Source: Escherichia phage MLP3
DNA: 64,000 bases
Sequence record: OK148440
Direction: 5' to 3' (one strand)
Shown here: positions 28,833 to 38,899 of the stretch, one piece after another
How positions within the stretch are numbered: position 1 is the stretch's first letter
Layout of the letters: every line of letters begins with the position of its first letter
Translations under genes and position numbers: made by a program
The notes under the pieces: generated by a model
What the model was told of the DNA's origin: nothing
The model's input: only the letters and a program-made list of their open reading frames with translations
Databases searched by the model: none

Positions 28833-29250
28833 CCTTCTCACCTGCCAGATATGCTGTCCAGTCACCAGATTCAACCAGAACATCTTGTTCTTCGTCGATG
28901 TGATAAATCCATGCTTCCACAGTTTCACCGCTATCCAATAATACTGGAATCAGCGTACGCTTGTAAAAGGTGTATGGGTTATCATTACCACGATGACCTT
29001 CTAGACCGTCATACGGACCTTCCAGACCAGCTTGGGTTGTTTCAAAGACTTCTACACGAACAGGCTTACCATTGCTATCATGCTCCAAAGATACACTTGG
29101 GAAGTATGCTGTGCAATACTGATACAGGTTACAGTTGTTGACTGTCCACCCTTCACCAATAGACACACCACCTGCACGAGCGTTGATAGCGTGGTTGTGT
29201 TGACCTTTACGAAGAGAACCATACGTTGCAACTAATACTTTATCAGACAT
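28819..29250 (-). CDS. gamma-glutamyl cyclotransferase-like (GGCT/AIG2 fold)
   Basis: N-terminal VATYGSLRKG; about 140 aa. Confidence 0.6.
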   Translation of the reverse strand: MSDKVLVATYGSLRKGQHNHAINARAGGVSIGEGWTVNNCNLYQYCTAYFPSVSLEHDSNGKPVRVEVFETTQAGLEGPYDGLEGHRGNDNPYTFYKRTLIPVLLDSGETVEAWIYHIDEEQDVLVESGDWTAYLAGEKDDSN

Positions 29251-29254
29251 TACA

Positions 29255-29452
29255 TTACCTTTTGTTTAAGATTTCTTTTGTACAAGAAGTCCCGTTACAC
29301 ACGAGAATTGTTTGAGTTACAGAATCGACAACCGTTACATGACTGCCACATTGAGTTATGATTTGACCTCTCCCTGAATCTTTAGAGATACACTCATCAG
29401 CGGCAATTGCTGATACGCTGAACAAGGAGAGTAGGAGTAGAATCTTTTTCAT
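29255..29452 (-). CDS. small secreted Cys-rich protein
   Basis: signal peptide MKKILLLLSLFSVSAIAA; 4 Cys in mature part. Confidence 0.4.
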   Translation of the reverse strand: MKKILLLLSLFSVSAIAADECISKDSGRGQIITQCGSHVTVVDSVTQTILVCNGTSCTKEILNKR

Positions 29453-29458
29453 GGCAGC

Positions 29459-29875
29459 TTACCAATCATATTCGAAACCAGAATAGCCGGAGAAGAGGAT
29501 TGATCGGATTGTCTTTTCAGGAAATTCTTCAAAACTTTCCTTAATAGCCCCCTTGGTTTCATCAGACACTGATCCTTTTTCACCAAACCAATATTCTCCA
29601 AAAATGTCAGAGAAGGTATAGGTTCGATATTTTTCCAAGTAGTAACAACCTTCCACCGCATCGGTAACCTCCTCACTGATGACACAAGAAGCTACAGGGA
29701 AAAGTGAGCTGTGCTCCATAAACAAACACCAACGATTAAAGAGAGGAATCTCTTCATCTTTCAGAAGACTTTCTAATTCTTCCTTTGCCTCTTTCTTGTG
29801 CTTCTCAAAGAGGTTTTTGGAATACTCTACATCTAAGATATGGCTTTTAAACATATCCAGTTTATTGTCAACCAT
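29459..29875 (-). CDS. hypothetical protein
   Basis: ATG; 138 aa. Confidence 0.45.
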   Translation of the reverse strand: MVDNKLDMFKSHILDVEYSKNLFEKHKKEAKEELESLLKDEEIPLFNRWCLFMEHSSLFPVASCVISEEVTDAVEGCYYLEKYRTYTFSDIFGEYWFGEKGSVSDETKGAIKESFEEFPEKTIRSILFSGYSGFEYDW

Positions 29876-29932
29876 TTTACAACCTCCAGTTAAATTCGAA
29901 CTAGCCCCCTCTTTCGAAGAGGCTAAAGCAAA

Positions 29933-30118
29933 TTATTCTACTTCGAAGTGTTTGATCACACCAGTCAGTACATCAGATTGGAACGTACCTACTAGCTCTG
30001 TACCTCGGAAAAAGTTAACACTTGTTCCAAGTGATTCAAAGCGATCTGCTTGAATGTCCAGAGATTGAATATTTCCTTCTGCTGACATTGTACGAAACAT
30101 GATTGTGTATTTATTCAC
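29933..30118 (-). CDS. hypothetical small protein
   Basis: ORF only. Confidence 0.35.
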   Translation of the reverse strand: MNKYTIMFRTMSAEGNIQSLDIQADRFESLGTSVNFFRGTELVGTFQSDVLTGVIKHFEVE

Positions 30119-30357
30119 AGACTTGTTACTCCCTTATCTGCTTGTGCAATTGCGATGATACGCTCAGCACATTCCATTGAATATTTATCACCTCGTTTGA
30201 GGAAGGTGATGATTGCAGAGAACTGATTACCAATCATTCTCTTATTTGTGATACCGAACTCTTCACAGAGTTGGTTGATAGCTTTACGAGAGCCTACAAT
30301 CAGAGGCTCTTTTTCTTCGGTCATTCCACGGCTGATCAAATCTTCGATAGACAACAT
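30115..30357 (-). CDS. hypothetical small protein
   Basis: ATG. Confidence 0.4.
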   Translation of the reverse strand: MLSIEDLISRGMTEEKEPLIVGSRKAINQLCEEFGITNKRMIGNQFSAIITFLKRGDKYSMECAERIIAIAQADKGVTSL

Positions 30358-30383
30358 TACAAATTCCTTTTTGTTTAATTTAA

Positions 30384-31619
30384 TTACAGAGTTACTGCTA
30401 CTTCGCTACCCTCAACATTGACAGACTCTAACTTGCGAGGGTTATGAATCTGGACTGGATTGACCGGAACGTTCCAACCACTGCGGTAGAAGTTACGACC
30501 ATCACAGAACAGGATGACATTGGCAGACATTGCATTCGGTTGCAGGTTGTTGTGGACATGACGGATATTTGCAATCCAGTAGCCACGAGACAAAGTGTAG
30601 CCAGTAGGTGCATTACGAATAGTTTGAGTATTCATCTGACCTTCCAGTTGCATTTCTTCAGGAACCACATCAACTGAATCAATCGGCTGTGCTACTTGTC
30701 CTTCCAGTGCAAAGTTTTCATCATCAGCACTTTCAATATCATCCACCAACTCACCGTCTCCATCTTCAATCGGAGTCTGGTAAACCACTTTATACTGAGG
30801 AGTATAGAGAGGGTTTTGAGCTTTAACAAACTCAAGAATGTTATGACGGTAGGTATCCAGAGTTGTACCAGTCAGGCCCGGTGCTGTATTAACTTCCAGT
30901 ACCCACGCTTCTTGACCTTTGGTGATAATATCAACTGCACCGAAATCCAGACCCATTGATTCAACAGCTTTCACTGCATTGATCAGAGAGGCGTCATTCG
31001 GAGCATCTGTGAAGGAGCTTGAGTAAACCCAGCCAGTGTGGTGATTACGAATATCTTCACGATAGTTAGGGTCTTCGCGATAACCATTGCGACGAATCTT
31101 CTTCTGAACATAGGTGATTACACCTTTGAACACATGGACACGCCACTCACGACGTGGGCCTTGAATGCCTTTAGTGTACAGTTCAGCTCGACCAAGACCA
31201 TCACCCGGTTCTACAACAACAATGCCCGAACCAGAGTGACCAGTCAGCTCATGGCGCTCATACACAATATTACCAGTGTTTGACCACTCTTGAGCAGTCT
31301 CTTGAGCATCTGTGTATTCCACAGTTTTAACACCTGCTTGGTCCATCACGCTGAAAGCACGACGTTTGTTCGCTGCCATATGTAAGGCTGCGGTACGGTT
31401 AAGGACGGTTGCAGAACCAAAGAATGATTCAGGATAGCGACGGTTCCCGTAGTTAACAACCACATCACCTTCACGAGAACGCCAGCGGCTATTCTCTGAA
31501 AGAAGACCCATCACGTTAGCATTGATGCGTTCATCACGGATAGTATCACTGATAGCAGATACTAGAGCGTTAACAGAATCAGACGGGCCATACGGAAGAA
31601 CACGGATACGAGTAGTCAT
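30384..31619 (-). CDS. ATP-grasp family ligase with C-terminal extension
   Basis: GAVDIITKGQEAWVLEVNTAPGL matches ATP-grasp C-terminal catalytic motif (RimK-like). Confidence 0.7.
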   Translation of the reverse strand: MTTRIRVLPYGPSDSVNALVSAISDTIRDERINANVMGLLSENSRWRSREGDVVVNYGNRRYPESFFGSATVLNRTAALHMAANKRRAFSVMDQAGVKTVEYTDAQETAQEWSNTGNIVYERHELTGHSGSGIVVVEPGDGLGRAELYTKGIQGPRREWRVHVFKGVITYVQKKIRRNGYREDPNYREDIRNHHTGWVYSSSFTDAPNDASLINAVKAVESMGLDFGAVDIITKGQEAWVLEVNTAPGLTGTTLDTYRHNILEFVKAQNPLYTPQYKVVYQTPIEDGDGELVDDIESADDENFALEGQVAQPIDSVDVVPEEMQLEGQMNTQTIRNAPTGYTLSRGYWIANIRHVHNNLQPNAMSANVILFCDGRNFYRSGWNVPVNPVQIHNPRKLESVNVEGSEVAVTL

Positions 31620-31621
31620 TT

Positions 31622-31852
31622 TTAGATACCTTTTAGTTTAAGAATTTCGTTACGACAGGATTGAATTTTAGCTTCGATTGCCCAATACTCAGCGAACATT
31701 TCGTCTTCTTGGTCATCGCTTGGAGAGTCGATTAAGTTAAAAGCAAACGGATACAGCTTTCGCTGCTCCGTTACCAGTTGTTGAAGTCGGAGTTGTTGAT
31801 ACTCCAGCATTGTCAGGTGAGGCTTAGCTCCCTTGCTTGACATGAGGCTCAA
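31622..31852 (-). CDS. hypothetical small protein (TTG or internal ATG start)
   Basis: ORF only. Confidence 0.35.
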   Translation of the reverse strand: MSLMSSKGAKPHLTMLEYQQLRLQQLVTEQRKLYPFAFNLIDSPSDDQEDEMFAEYWAIEAKIQSCRNEILKLKGI

Positions 31853-32057
31853 CTTTAATCCCCTTCATTTTAACATAGTCAGCCAACACGTTATTGATAA
31901 CGGTTGGAAAAGGGATTTCTACTGGAGAGTCAACCAGCTTCCCAATACCTTCTTGCATCCACTTCTGGATTGCTCGGAGGTTATCACATCCTGTGCTTGT
32001 CATCGGAATACGGCGGGTAGTTACCACGTTATCCAACATCAGTTTACGAACTTCCAT
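31824..32057 (-). CDS. hypothetical small protein
   Basis: ATG. Confidence 0.4.
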   Translation of the reverse strand: MEVRKLMLDNVVTTRRIPMTSTGCDNLRAIQKWMQEGIGKLVDSPVEIPFPTVINNVLADYVKMKGIKVEPHVKQGS

Positions 32058-32068
32058 AACTATACCTC

Positions 32069-34102
32069 TTAGTGTTTACCTTTACAGTAATCTGAATTAC
32101 AGATCACCCTGTTTTCTTTGTTCAGTGAGCAAGTTTCTGCATCACGCCACGGAATTTGTTTATAACAAACTGCACAAAACCCAATTGAAGTCCAGAGGGC
32201 TTTTGTAAACTCAGCTGTTCGTTGTCCATCGTAACTGACAACTGTTTTTCGGAGAGAGGTTGACTTTTCTGGAAATGTCTCCGCTTTCTCAGCGGGTACC
32301 TCCTTTGGGGCATTCTTTGGACCATAAACAGAGATGGCATAAGTATCACCACCACGTTTTTCCAAATACGAATTAGGAACATCTGCAAGTGTGATGTCCC
32401 CTGAACGTTTTGCTGAGCTGACCATTACAATCATACGGCTAAGCATACGTTCATCAACACGAACAGCTACTTCAGGACGACGTGGGTTGGTTGTGTCCAC
32501 TGCTTTAGTCCAAATATAACCCTCAGACAGCGTAACATTCTTTACTTTGTCTTTGATTTCTTTGGAGCAGATATAACAAACATCTTCACCACGAAGTTTA
32601 CTCATTTCGTTGTCAAACTCGAAATCAGTCTTGACTTCACCACAGATAGCACATACACCCAAAGGCACATCTTCTTCCTCTTCAGAGGTTTTAGATAACG
32701 CTTCGAAGCATTCTGGATGCCAGTATGCCTGATAAGCAAACACAGCCTTACGAGCATCTTTCCAGTCAATGTGCTTATCACAACCACCACAGTCACCATG
32801 AGAGTGAGATTCCCAGAACTTACGAGTGACTTCTACACCATTCTTAGTGATGAAGGAGTCCTCTGCATCAAAAGGGATATCATCATCAAAATCAGCAGTA
32901 GTGCTTTGAGGCTCCTTATCTGTAGCATCAACAAACAGCCCTGAAGTTAGTACGAGGCGAATCATACTGTCCACTTCGGAGATACAAGCAATCGTCCCGC
33001 GATATACTACCTTTGGGTTTTCAAGAGCCTTAAGATATTCATCTTTGGCTACGTTGTGAACATCCCCTTCGACATACTCTTGAGCTTTATCATCGTAGAT
33101 GTAACCAACCATCTTACCACGATCTGTGTTGTTATAAGCATGGAACTCGTGAGGAATAATATCCACACGACCATCACGACGATAAGGAAGACCACGATCG
33201 GCAGCCAGTTTGTTCTGGTCTTCAATCGCTTTACGACGACGAATGTCTCCGCTTGTCACGCCGGGCTTGTCGTCTTTGTTTCCGTAAATGTCGCTTGTGC
33301 TGCTGCTTGATTTGTTTGTCTGTTGGTTCTGATAAAGAGAGGAGTTCGAGTAATAGCCGCCCCAGCGACTCGTTACCGTAAAAACCGGAAGCGTGTGCTC
33401 CACCTCTTGAACCAGAGTCATACGACTGTTAGACACATCAAAGATATACTCAGTTCCCACTTTACATTCGAAGTGGTCATTGATACGGTTCTTATGGGAC
33501 TTAGAACGCTCTAAAATCCACATAAGCATAGCTTCTTCAGAAGCTCCAAACCAATCCAAACCACAGCGGGCTAGGTGGAAAGGACGCTCATCATTACGGA
33601 TAATGTGAAGTGTGTTGTCTTTAGCATCATGCCAAATCAAAGTGAATGCACCATCCAGTTTTTGGATAGTCTCTGCTGCTCCAATGGTGTTAATTGAGTG
33701 GCAGATGTTTTCACTATCAACTTCGAAACGCTTACTGTCAGGAAGGAGATCTTGATCTAACAGGGTTCCATTATGAACCAGAGTAATATCCCCGTGAGTA
33801 AATGGGTGAGCATTTCGAGCATTGACAGCCCCACGAGTGGCATGTCGGCTGTGACCAACAATCCACGAAGGAGGAACTACGTAGTTCGTAAGCCCTTTGG
33901 TAATATTTGTATATTCTGTCTGGAGCATAAAAGCATAAGAAGGAAGAGCTTCTTTATAAGAGAAGACTTGCTTTTCACCTTTACGCTGACCAAACACACC
34001 AGTTGAGTGCTGTCCACGGAAAACACCAGCATACAGAAGTTGGTTGAAAATGTCCAAATCTGCTGAGGTCATGTTGCCGCCAGCTAATACGATACCACAA
34101 AT
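32069..34102 (-). CDS. class-II (Ntn) glutamine amidotransferase-like protein with C-terminal Cys-rich zinc-ribbon region; probable non-ATG (AUU) start
   Basis: CGIVLAGG...VFRGQHSTGVFG matches GlmS/PurF N-terminus; the Cys codon lies 9 codons upstream of the first ATG, after an in-frame TAG, with AGGTGG 8 nt before ATT. Confidence 0.6.
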   Translation of the reverse strand: MCGIVLAGGNMTSADLDIFNQLLYAGVFRGQHSTGVFGQRKGEKQVFSYKEALPSYAFMLQTEYTNITKGLTNYVVPPSWIVGHSRHATRGAVNARNAHPFTHGDITLVHNGTLLDQDLLPDSKRFEVDSENICHSINTIGAAETIQKLDGAFTLIWHDAKDNTLHIIRNDERPFHLARCGLDWFGASEEAMLMWILERSKSHKNRINDHFECKVGTEYIFDVSNSRMTLVQEVEHTLPVFTVTSRWGGYYSNSSLYQNQQTNKSSSSTSDIYGNKDDKPGVTSGDIRRRKAIEDQNKLAADRGLPYRRDGRVDIIPHEFHAYNNTDRGKMVGYIYDDKAQEYVEGDVHNVAKDEYLKALENPKVVYRGTIACISEVDSMIRLVLTSGLFVDATDKEPQSTTADFDDDIPFDAEDSFITKNGVEVTRKFWESHSHGDCGGCDKHIDWKDARKAVFAYQAYWHPECFEALSKTSEEEEDVPLGVCAICGEVKTDFEFDNEMSKLRGEDVCYICSKEIKDKVKNVTLSEGYIWTKAVDTTNPRRPEVAVRVDERMLSRMIVMVSSAKRSGDITLADVPNSYLEKRGGDTYAISVYGPKNAPKEVPAEKAETFPEKSTSLRKTVVSYDGQRTAEFTKALWTSIGFCAVCYKQIPWRDAETCSLNKENRVICNSDYCKGKH

Positions 34103-34179
34103 TTTCTAATCCACCTGAAGGGTAAACCCTTTCATCTAATTAACCTTTAAATGCGCCCTGTATAAGAGCGCCCGTTGTG

Positions 34180-35280
34180 TTACAGCAGTCGTTCTAATTG
34201 CATTTCCAGATGGTCTGGAATATAACCAGTGACGTTATCATCACTGCTACCTGATTCACGCATCAATGCAAACATGTGACGAATTTCACGAACCGTTGCG
34301 ATTCGAGTGCTTTCAATCTGAGGGGTGTAGTAGGTCATGATCTCTTCGTAGACACTGTTGGCATTACCGCGCACATATCCCAAGAAACCATAGAAGTCAT
34401 TCATATCACGTAAGTTGATAAGGACTTCACCATCAGGGCCAGTCTGTTGCACACGAACACGACCAACCAAAGTTACAGATTGCTCACGACAGAAGAGAAT
34501 ATCACGAGCAAGACGATACCCTTCAGTGAGATCACTGTCTCTTGGAGTATAGTCTAGGGGTAGATGTTGAATCATAGGAGCGAAGCGCAGCTCATTCAAC
34601 TTCTCAACATAAGCTTCATTGTCTAAATCTGCATATTCAACAGCAAGTTTCTTGAGAACCAAGAAGCGGTTGACCAGATTCAGAAGTTGGCTCTTTTTCC
34701 ACTTCGGCTCTGAGATACGGAACTCAACAGAACCAAATTGAGATAGAGGCAAAAGATTAAGGGAGGTATATTTATCCCAGCTATTAACAAGAGAGTGGAA
34801 GAAAGCTTCCCCGTCTCGGTTGAACGCTGACGAAGCATTCATAACTTGTGCTTGAACGACAGCAAAAGCTGGACAGAAGTTGCTACGATAGCGATGGTAT
34901 CCAGAACATTTGAACATCATCTTTTCATAGAACGTCCATCCAAGAATAACTTTCTTAAGGATATTACTATCAGCGTCACGCATATCCATATGAACGTGAG
35001 TGGAGCAGCGCCAAGTTCCCTCGGCTCCAGAATCCTGTACTGCTTCACTCAGATTGTTAATAGCACGAAGTAATTCTTCACCGTTGTAAGGTCGTGCACA
35101 TACTAATTCACAACCATCACGAAGAGAGCCATCTTCAGTACAAACCCACATATCAGCGTCAATGTCAGTTGTACCTTCGACTTCTAACTCAATACCAACA
35201 CCACACTGAAAAGCAATACTTGGATGCGGTTCAGATAAGCGAGGGTTACGGTATCCAAAAACTTGTGCTACGGTTGTCAT
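34180..35280 (-). CDS. amidoligase (glutamine-synthetase-like COOH-NH2 ligase family)
   Basis: VGIELEVEG and STHVHMD motifs. Confidence 0.55.
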   Translation of the reverse strand: MTTVAQVFGYRNPRLSEPHPSIAFQCGVGIELEVEGTTDIDADMWVCTEDGSLRDGCELVCARPYNGEELLRAINNLSEAVQDSGAEGTWRCSTHVHMDMRDADSNILKKVILGWTFYEKMMFKCSGYHRYRSNFCPAFAVVQAQVMNASSAFNRDGEAFFHSLVNSWDKYTSLNLLPLSQFGSVEFRISEPKWKKSQLLNLVNRFLVLKKLAVEYADLDNEAYVEKLNELRFAPMIQHLPLDYTPRDSDLTEGYRLARDILFCREQSVTLVGRVRVQQTGPDGEVLINLRDMNDFYGFLGYVRGNANSVYEEIMTYYTPQIESTRIATVREIRHMFALMRESGSSDDNVTGYIPDHLEMQLERLL

Positions 35281-35903
35281 AATGATTCCACCAACTCTAC
35301 ATTATATGATGACAGGTCTGAAGAAATATGCTTGAACTTCTCCAGAAGGTTTAAAGATTGACGACCATTGTCGCCATAACCAGCTTCAAGAAGCACGTTT
35401 CCAACGTAAGCCCCTTTGTAATAAACTTTTCCATCGACAGGATTGATATAGATGAAACGAGTAACCAACCCTTCAAACTCTGGATTAAACAGGTTATACA
35501 CCAAATCACCCGGAATCGAACGTCCGAGAGAAGGTGGAGTACCACGAAGTTTATTCCCCATCAAGCCTTTAGCTCGCTGACGAACAGGGTTGATATGGGT
35601 CCAGCTCACCATGTTATTACCATGCTGAAGGTATCCTACATCTGGAGACTCCAGAATGAGGCTGTGATCAAACACTGGGATATTACTAACAATCTGACGT
35701 TCAAACTGACCTTCAGAGTTTTTAGTCCAGCGTTCCGCCTCAAACACTAAAGACATTTCAGCGTCGTGTGAGTAGTCGTCAATATCAAAGTTACCTTGCT
35801 GACGAACATCAAGCACATATAGAGGGAGGTTTTTACCATCAGGTGATCGCTGAGCAATCCATGTTCCACAATAATAGTGTTGAAAATCTCTTAACAAGCT
35901 CAC
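35277..35903 (-). CDS. hypothetical protein in ligase cluster
   Basis: GTG start with AAGGTGA RBS; 208 aa. Confidence 0.45.
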   Translation of the reverse strand: MSLLRDFQHYYCGTWIAQRSPDGKNLPLYVLDVRQQGNFDIDDYSHDAEMSLVFEAERWTKNSEGQFERQIVSNIPVFDHSLILESPDVGYLQHGNNMVSWTHINPVRQRAKGLMGNKLRGTPPSLGRSIPGDLVYNLFNPEFEGLVTRFIYINPVDGKVYYKGAYVGNVLLEAGYGDNGRQSLNLLEKFKHISSDLSSYNVELVESL

Positions 35904-35912
35904 AATATCACC

Positions 35913-36719
35913 TTATACAATCTGGAGTTTAGAGGAGAATTTATCCGCTTCTTTAACATCGTTACTGTTGATGATGTTGTGAAGCTTTTCAATTGGAAGG
36001 CGAGAGTGAAGTGACATCAATACTTCCATATCACAGCCTTGAACAACCTTATCAACTTGCTCATAAACAAACTTGCGGGTTGACTTCTCGCCAATCCAGA
36101 AGTTAGAAAGAGAACGATATTCAATACCGTAATCTTTGTAGCGAATGGCAGAAGCCTTTCCGTATAACTCTTTACGACGAGTATCTTTATCCATGATCAC
36201 AGCTGGCAAGGACAGGAAGTAATCACACAACACACCCAACATCATTTGAGTCTGACGACTAATTTCCAGCGTACCAGTGACGCCAAGGTGAACATGACCG
36301 CCAGCAGTACGCAGACCTTTGTCTGTCGCTACTGGAGATGGGTTTTTCTGACCAGTGAAGGCGTTGAAATCAGGAGTACAACCAAATACAAAGGCTGACG
36401 GATGGAAAGATTCCAGCTCTTCTGAAGTGAACACATGAGAGCTAATCCCAAGTGCTGCCTCCATGCCACGTTCATTGAGAACTTTGTTAGTCAGATCAAT
36501 ACCACGCTGAATGTTATCATTAAACGCTTCAAACCCTTTCTGTGGGTTAATATCGAACTCGGCCAGAACGTTGTCTTCTTGAAGACGAACATCAGGGGCC
36601 AGATCAATTTTGTTGTCTTTAGAGCAGCCCAGCTTACCAGCCACAGAGGTGATAATACCAGAAGCAGTACGAACAAACATTTCAGGGTCAGAACCAATAA
36701 GGAAAGCACGCTTAGTCAT
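35913..36719 (-). CDS. amidoligase-like protein (second copy, divergent)
   Basis: FLIGSDPEMF and AGGHVHLGV motifs; ATG at 36719 with GGAG RBS (table start GTG at 36764). Confidence 0.45.
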   Translation of the reverse strand: MTKRAFLIGSDPEMFVRTASGIITSVAGKLGCSKDNKIDLAPDVRLQEDNVLAEFDINPQKGFEAFNDNIQRGIDLTNKVLNERGMEAALGISSHVFTSEELESFHPSAFVFGCTPDFNAFTGQKNPSPVATDKGLRTAGGHVHLGVTGTLEISRQTQMMLGVLCDYFLSLPAVIMDKDTRRKELYGKASAIRYKDYGIEYRSLSNFWIGEKSTRKFVYEQVDKVVQGCDMEVLMSLHSRLPIEKLHNIINSNDVKEADKFSSKLQIV

Positions 36720-37662
36720 TGTAATACTCCACGAGTTCATCAAAAAGGGAAACAACACGAGCACCAGCTTCTTCTGGTGTCATTGAGGAAGGTACTGCTT
36801 GCATCAGTCGTTCGATAAAACTGCGAACAGTAATTCTGTCCATACGCTGATCTAATACTTCTCTCTTGTGACCTGCACAAGTTGACCAGAGACGCAACCA
36901 CTCACTCATACTCTCGTAATGGTCAGGGTCTTGGTCACGACGACGTGCCATACGACGGAGAACTCCATCATTGTGGTTTCGTACATAACCATCTCGGTTA
37001 TCATCAACACCGAACACATTCTGAACCCATACGTTTTCAGAAAATTCATCAGTGGTGCAAATTAGTGGCAGAAATGCAATTGCACTCATGTCACCATCAA
37101 AATAAGTCGCTGCTGACTCGTCAGTTGAGTCTACGTCATTACTATAACACCAGCGACCAAAGAAGTTACGACTTAAACCAGCTAAGCGTAGAGCTAAACC
37201 GATTCGTTGTCGCTTAAGCAACTCTTCCTTGTCTTGTACGCCTTCCTGAAGGAACTCCATTCCATTAAAATCACCATCCAAATAGCTACGGATGGTCATT
37301 AGTCCAGTAAACACCTTGTCTGCTGGATGGTTTCGAAGGTTCACGGCAATGGAGTTCACCGAAGTGACAGAGAACATATCTTTATAGCAAGACATTGAGT
37401 TAAAAATATCTGTTGCTTCAACTAAAGCTCTTTCGATATCTTTAGCTGGCACGCCATAAAAATTGTGAGGCCAGAAGTTAATAACTTCAATTTCTGAAGT
37501 TCTATCACGAAGGCTTGTTCGGTTACGACTTTCACCGTTAATGTCTGTAACAGAATACATGTGCATACAGTTAAAAGTACCAAAGCAAGCTCTTCCTTTG
37601 AACACTGACTCACCGAAATCCTCTGCCGGTGTTACCGGAGCAATCGATGCGGAGATTGACAT
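36712..37662 (-). CDS. hypothetical protein in ligase cluster
   Basis: ATG; 316 aa. Confidence 0.45.
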   Translation of the reverse strand: MSISASIAPVTPAEDFGESVFKGRACFGTFNCMHMYSVTDINGESRNRTSLRDRTSEIEVINFWPHNFYGVPAKDIERALVEATDIFNSMSCYKDMFSVTSVNSIAVNLRNHPADKVFTGLMTIRSYLDGDFNGMEFLQEGVQDKEELLKRQRIGLALRLAGLSRNFFGRWCYSNDVDSTDESAATYFDGDMSAIAFLPLICTTDEFSENVWVQNVFGVDDNRDGYVRNHNDGVLRRMARRRDQDPDHYESMSEWLRLWSTCAGHKREVLDQRMDRITVRSFIERLMQAVPSSMTPEEAGARVVSLFDELVEYYND

Positions 37663-37670
37663 ATTCGCCT

Positions 37671-38888
37671 CTATTTATTAAAGAATAATTTTTCCATAAT
37701 GGTTTCCCACTCTTCTGAGGGGAGGGTTGAGAACCCGTTTCCGTGAAGCCTGTTTGTCATGCAACTAATAATATTGTACATGTTGTAGCTTCGGGTGGAT
37801 TCTGTTCCATTGTTCCAGTTATAACCGAAAACAATTTTATCGAAGGAGGTTTTATCCGTAGTTACTTCTCGGATGAACTCAACCAAGAGCGATTTCTCTG
37901 TGATGACCGCACGTTCACCATCTGGCAGATTACAATACTGAGGAAGAAGGATTGGTAAGAACATCGAATTGTTCACTCGACAATCACGAACACCTTCACT
38001 GCGATAGATTAGGCTTGAGAAGTCTTCATCACGCAGGTGTCCTTCACCTTCAGTGTATTCACACTGTCGCCATTTGGTCTGGCGAGGTTCAATCATTGTA
38101 CTGCCAACGCCTACTGTATACAGAGACGCTTGGAAGATACACGAGTCGTAATCATTCCCTGTTAAAGCAACTTGCTCATTGCCGAACACATCCACTGAAG
38201 AGTTAATCAGTCGGCTGAATGCAAGAGAGGCTAGTGGAGACCAACCTTTCTTATACATCTTGTTCAGCATTTCATACACAGCAGATTTTTCATCATCTGT
38301 ATAGAATGTACGATTCAGCATCAGATAGAACAGAGCGCGATCAGCAGGACAACCATCAGTACAAACACCCATGAATCCTACTTCATGCCATACCAGACAT
38401 GAGTCAGAATCTTTATCCATGAATGCTTCAAAGGCTTCCATTACAGCCCTGTCAGTAACATCAGGACGGTTGTTTTCTTCTGCCCATGTTTCTACATGAG
38501 AAGGAGGACGAGGGTCTCCATTCTCCACCCCTTCGCGGAAATATTGAGTGGTAATAGGCTTTTTATCACCATAACGTTTTACACCATAAGCGGGAAGGTG
38601 TGTACCAGAGTTCCAGATGTACTTAATTTCGGACATAGGCATCATGTTTTCGAGAACGTTCTCTTCAGCAGTGCCTTGACGAACCATCATATTTTCACTC
38701 CACACCTTAATGCGGATATTCCAGCCGTAGTTGCTGTCATACGTGTTATAATAATCAGGATCACCATCTTCATCTTCATCATAATCACCACCCTGATAGT
38801 AACCTGCTTTCAGGAAACCATAACAAGGAGGCCAGACGGTTACAACATCATCTGATTCTTTCCAGCTTTGAAGTGTTACAGGGAACAT
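37671..38888 (-). CDS. hypothetical protein in ligase cluster, acidic N-terminal segment
   Basis: ATG; 405 aa. Confidence 0.45.
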   Translation of the reverse strand: MFPVTLQSWKESDDVVTVWPPCYGFLKAGYYQGGDYDEDEDGDPDYYNTYDSNYGWNIRIKVWSENMMVRQGTAEENVLENMMPMSEIKYIWNSGTHLPAYGVKRYGDKKPITTQYFREGVENGDPRPPSHVETWAEENNRPDVTDRAVMEAFEAFMDKDSDSCLVWHEVGFMGVCTDGCPADRALFYLMLNRTFYTDDEKSAVYEMLNKMYKKGWSPLASLAFSRLINSSVDVFGNEQVALTGNDYDSCIFQASLYTVGVGSTMIEPRQTKWRQCEYTEGEGHLRDEDFSSLIYRSEGVRDCRVNNSMFLPILLPQYCNLPDGERAVITEKSLLVEFIREVTTDKTSFDKIVFGYNWNNGTESTRSYNMYNIISCMTNRLHGNGFSTLPSEEWETIMEKLFFNK

Positions 38889-38899
38889 CTTTTACCTCT

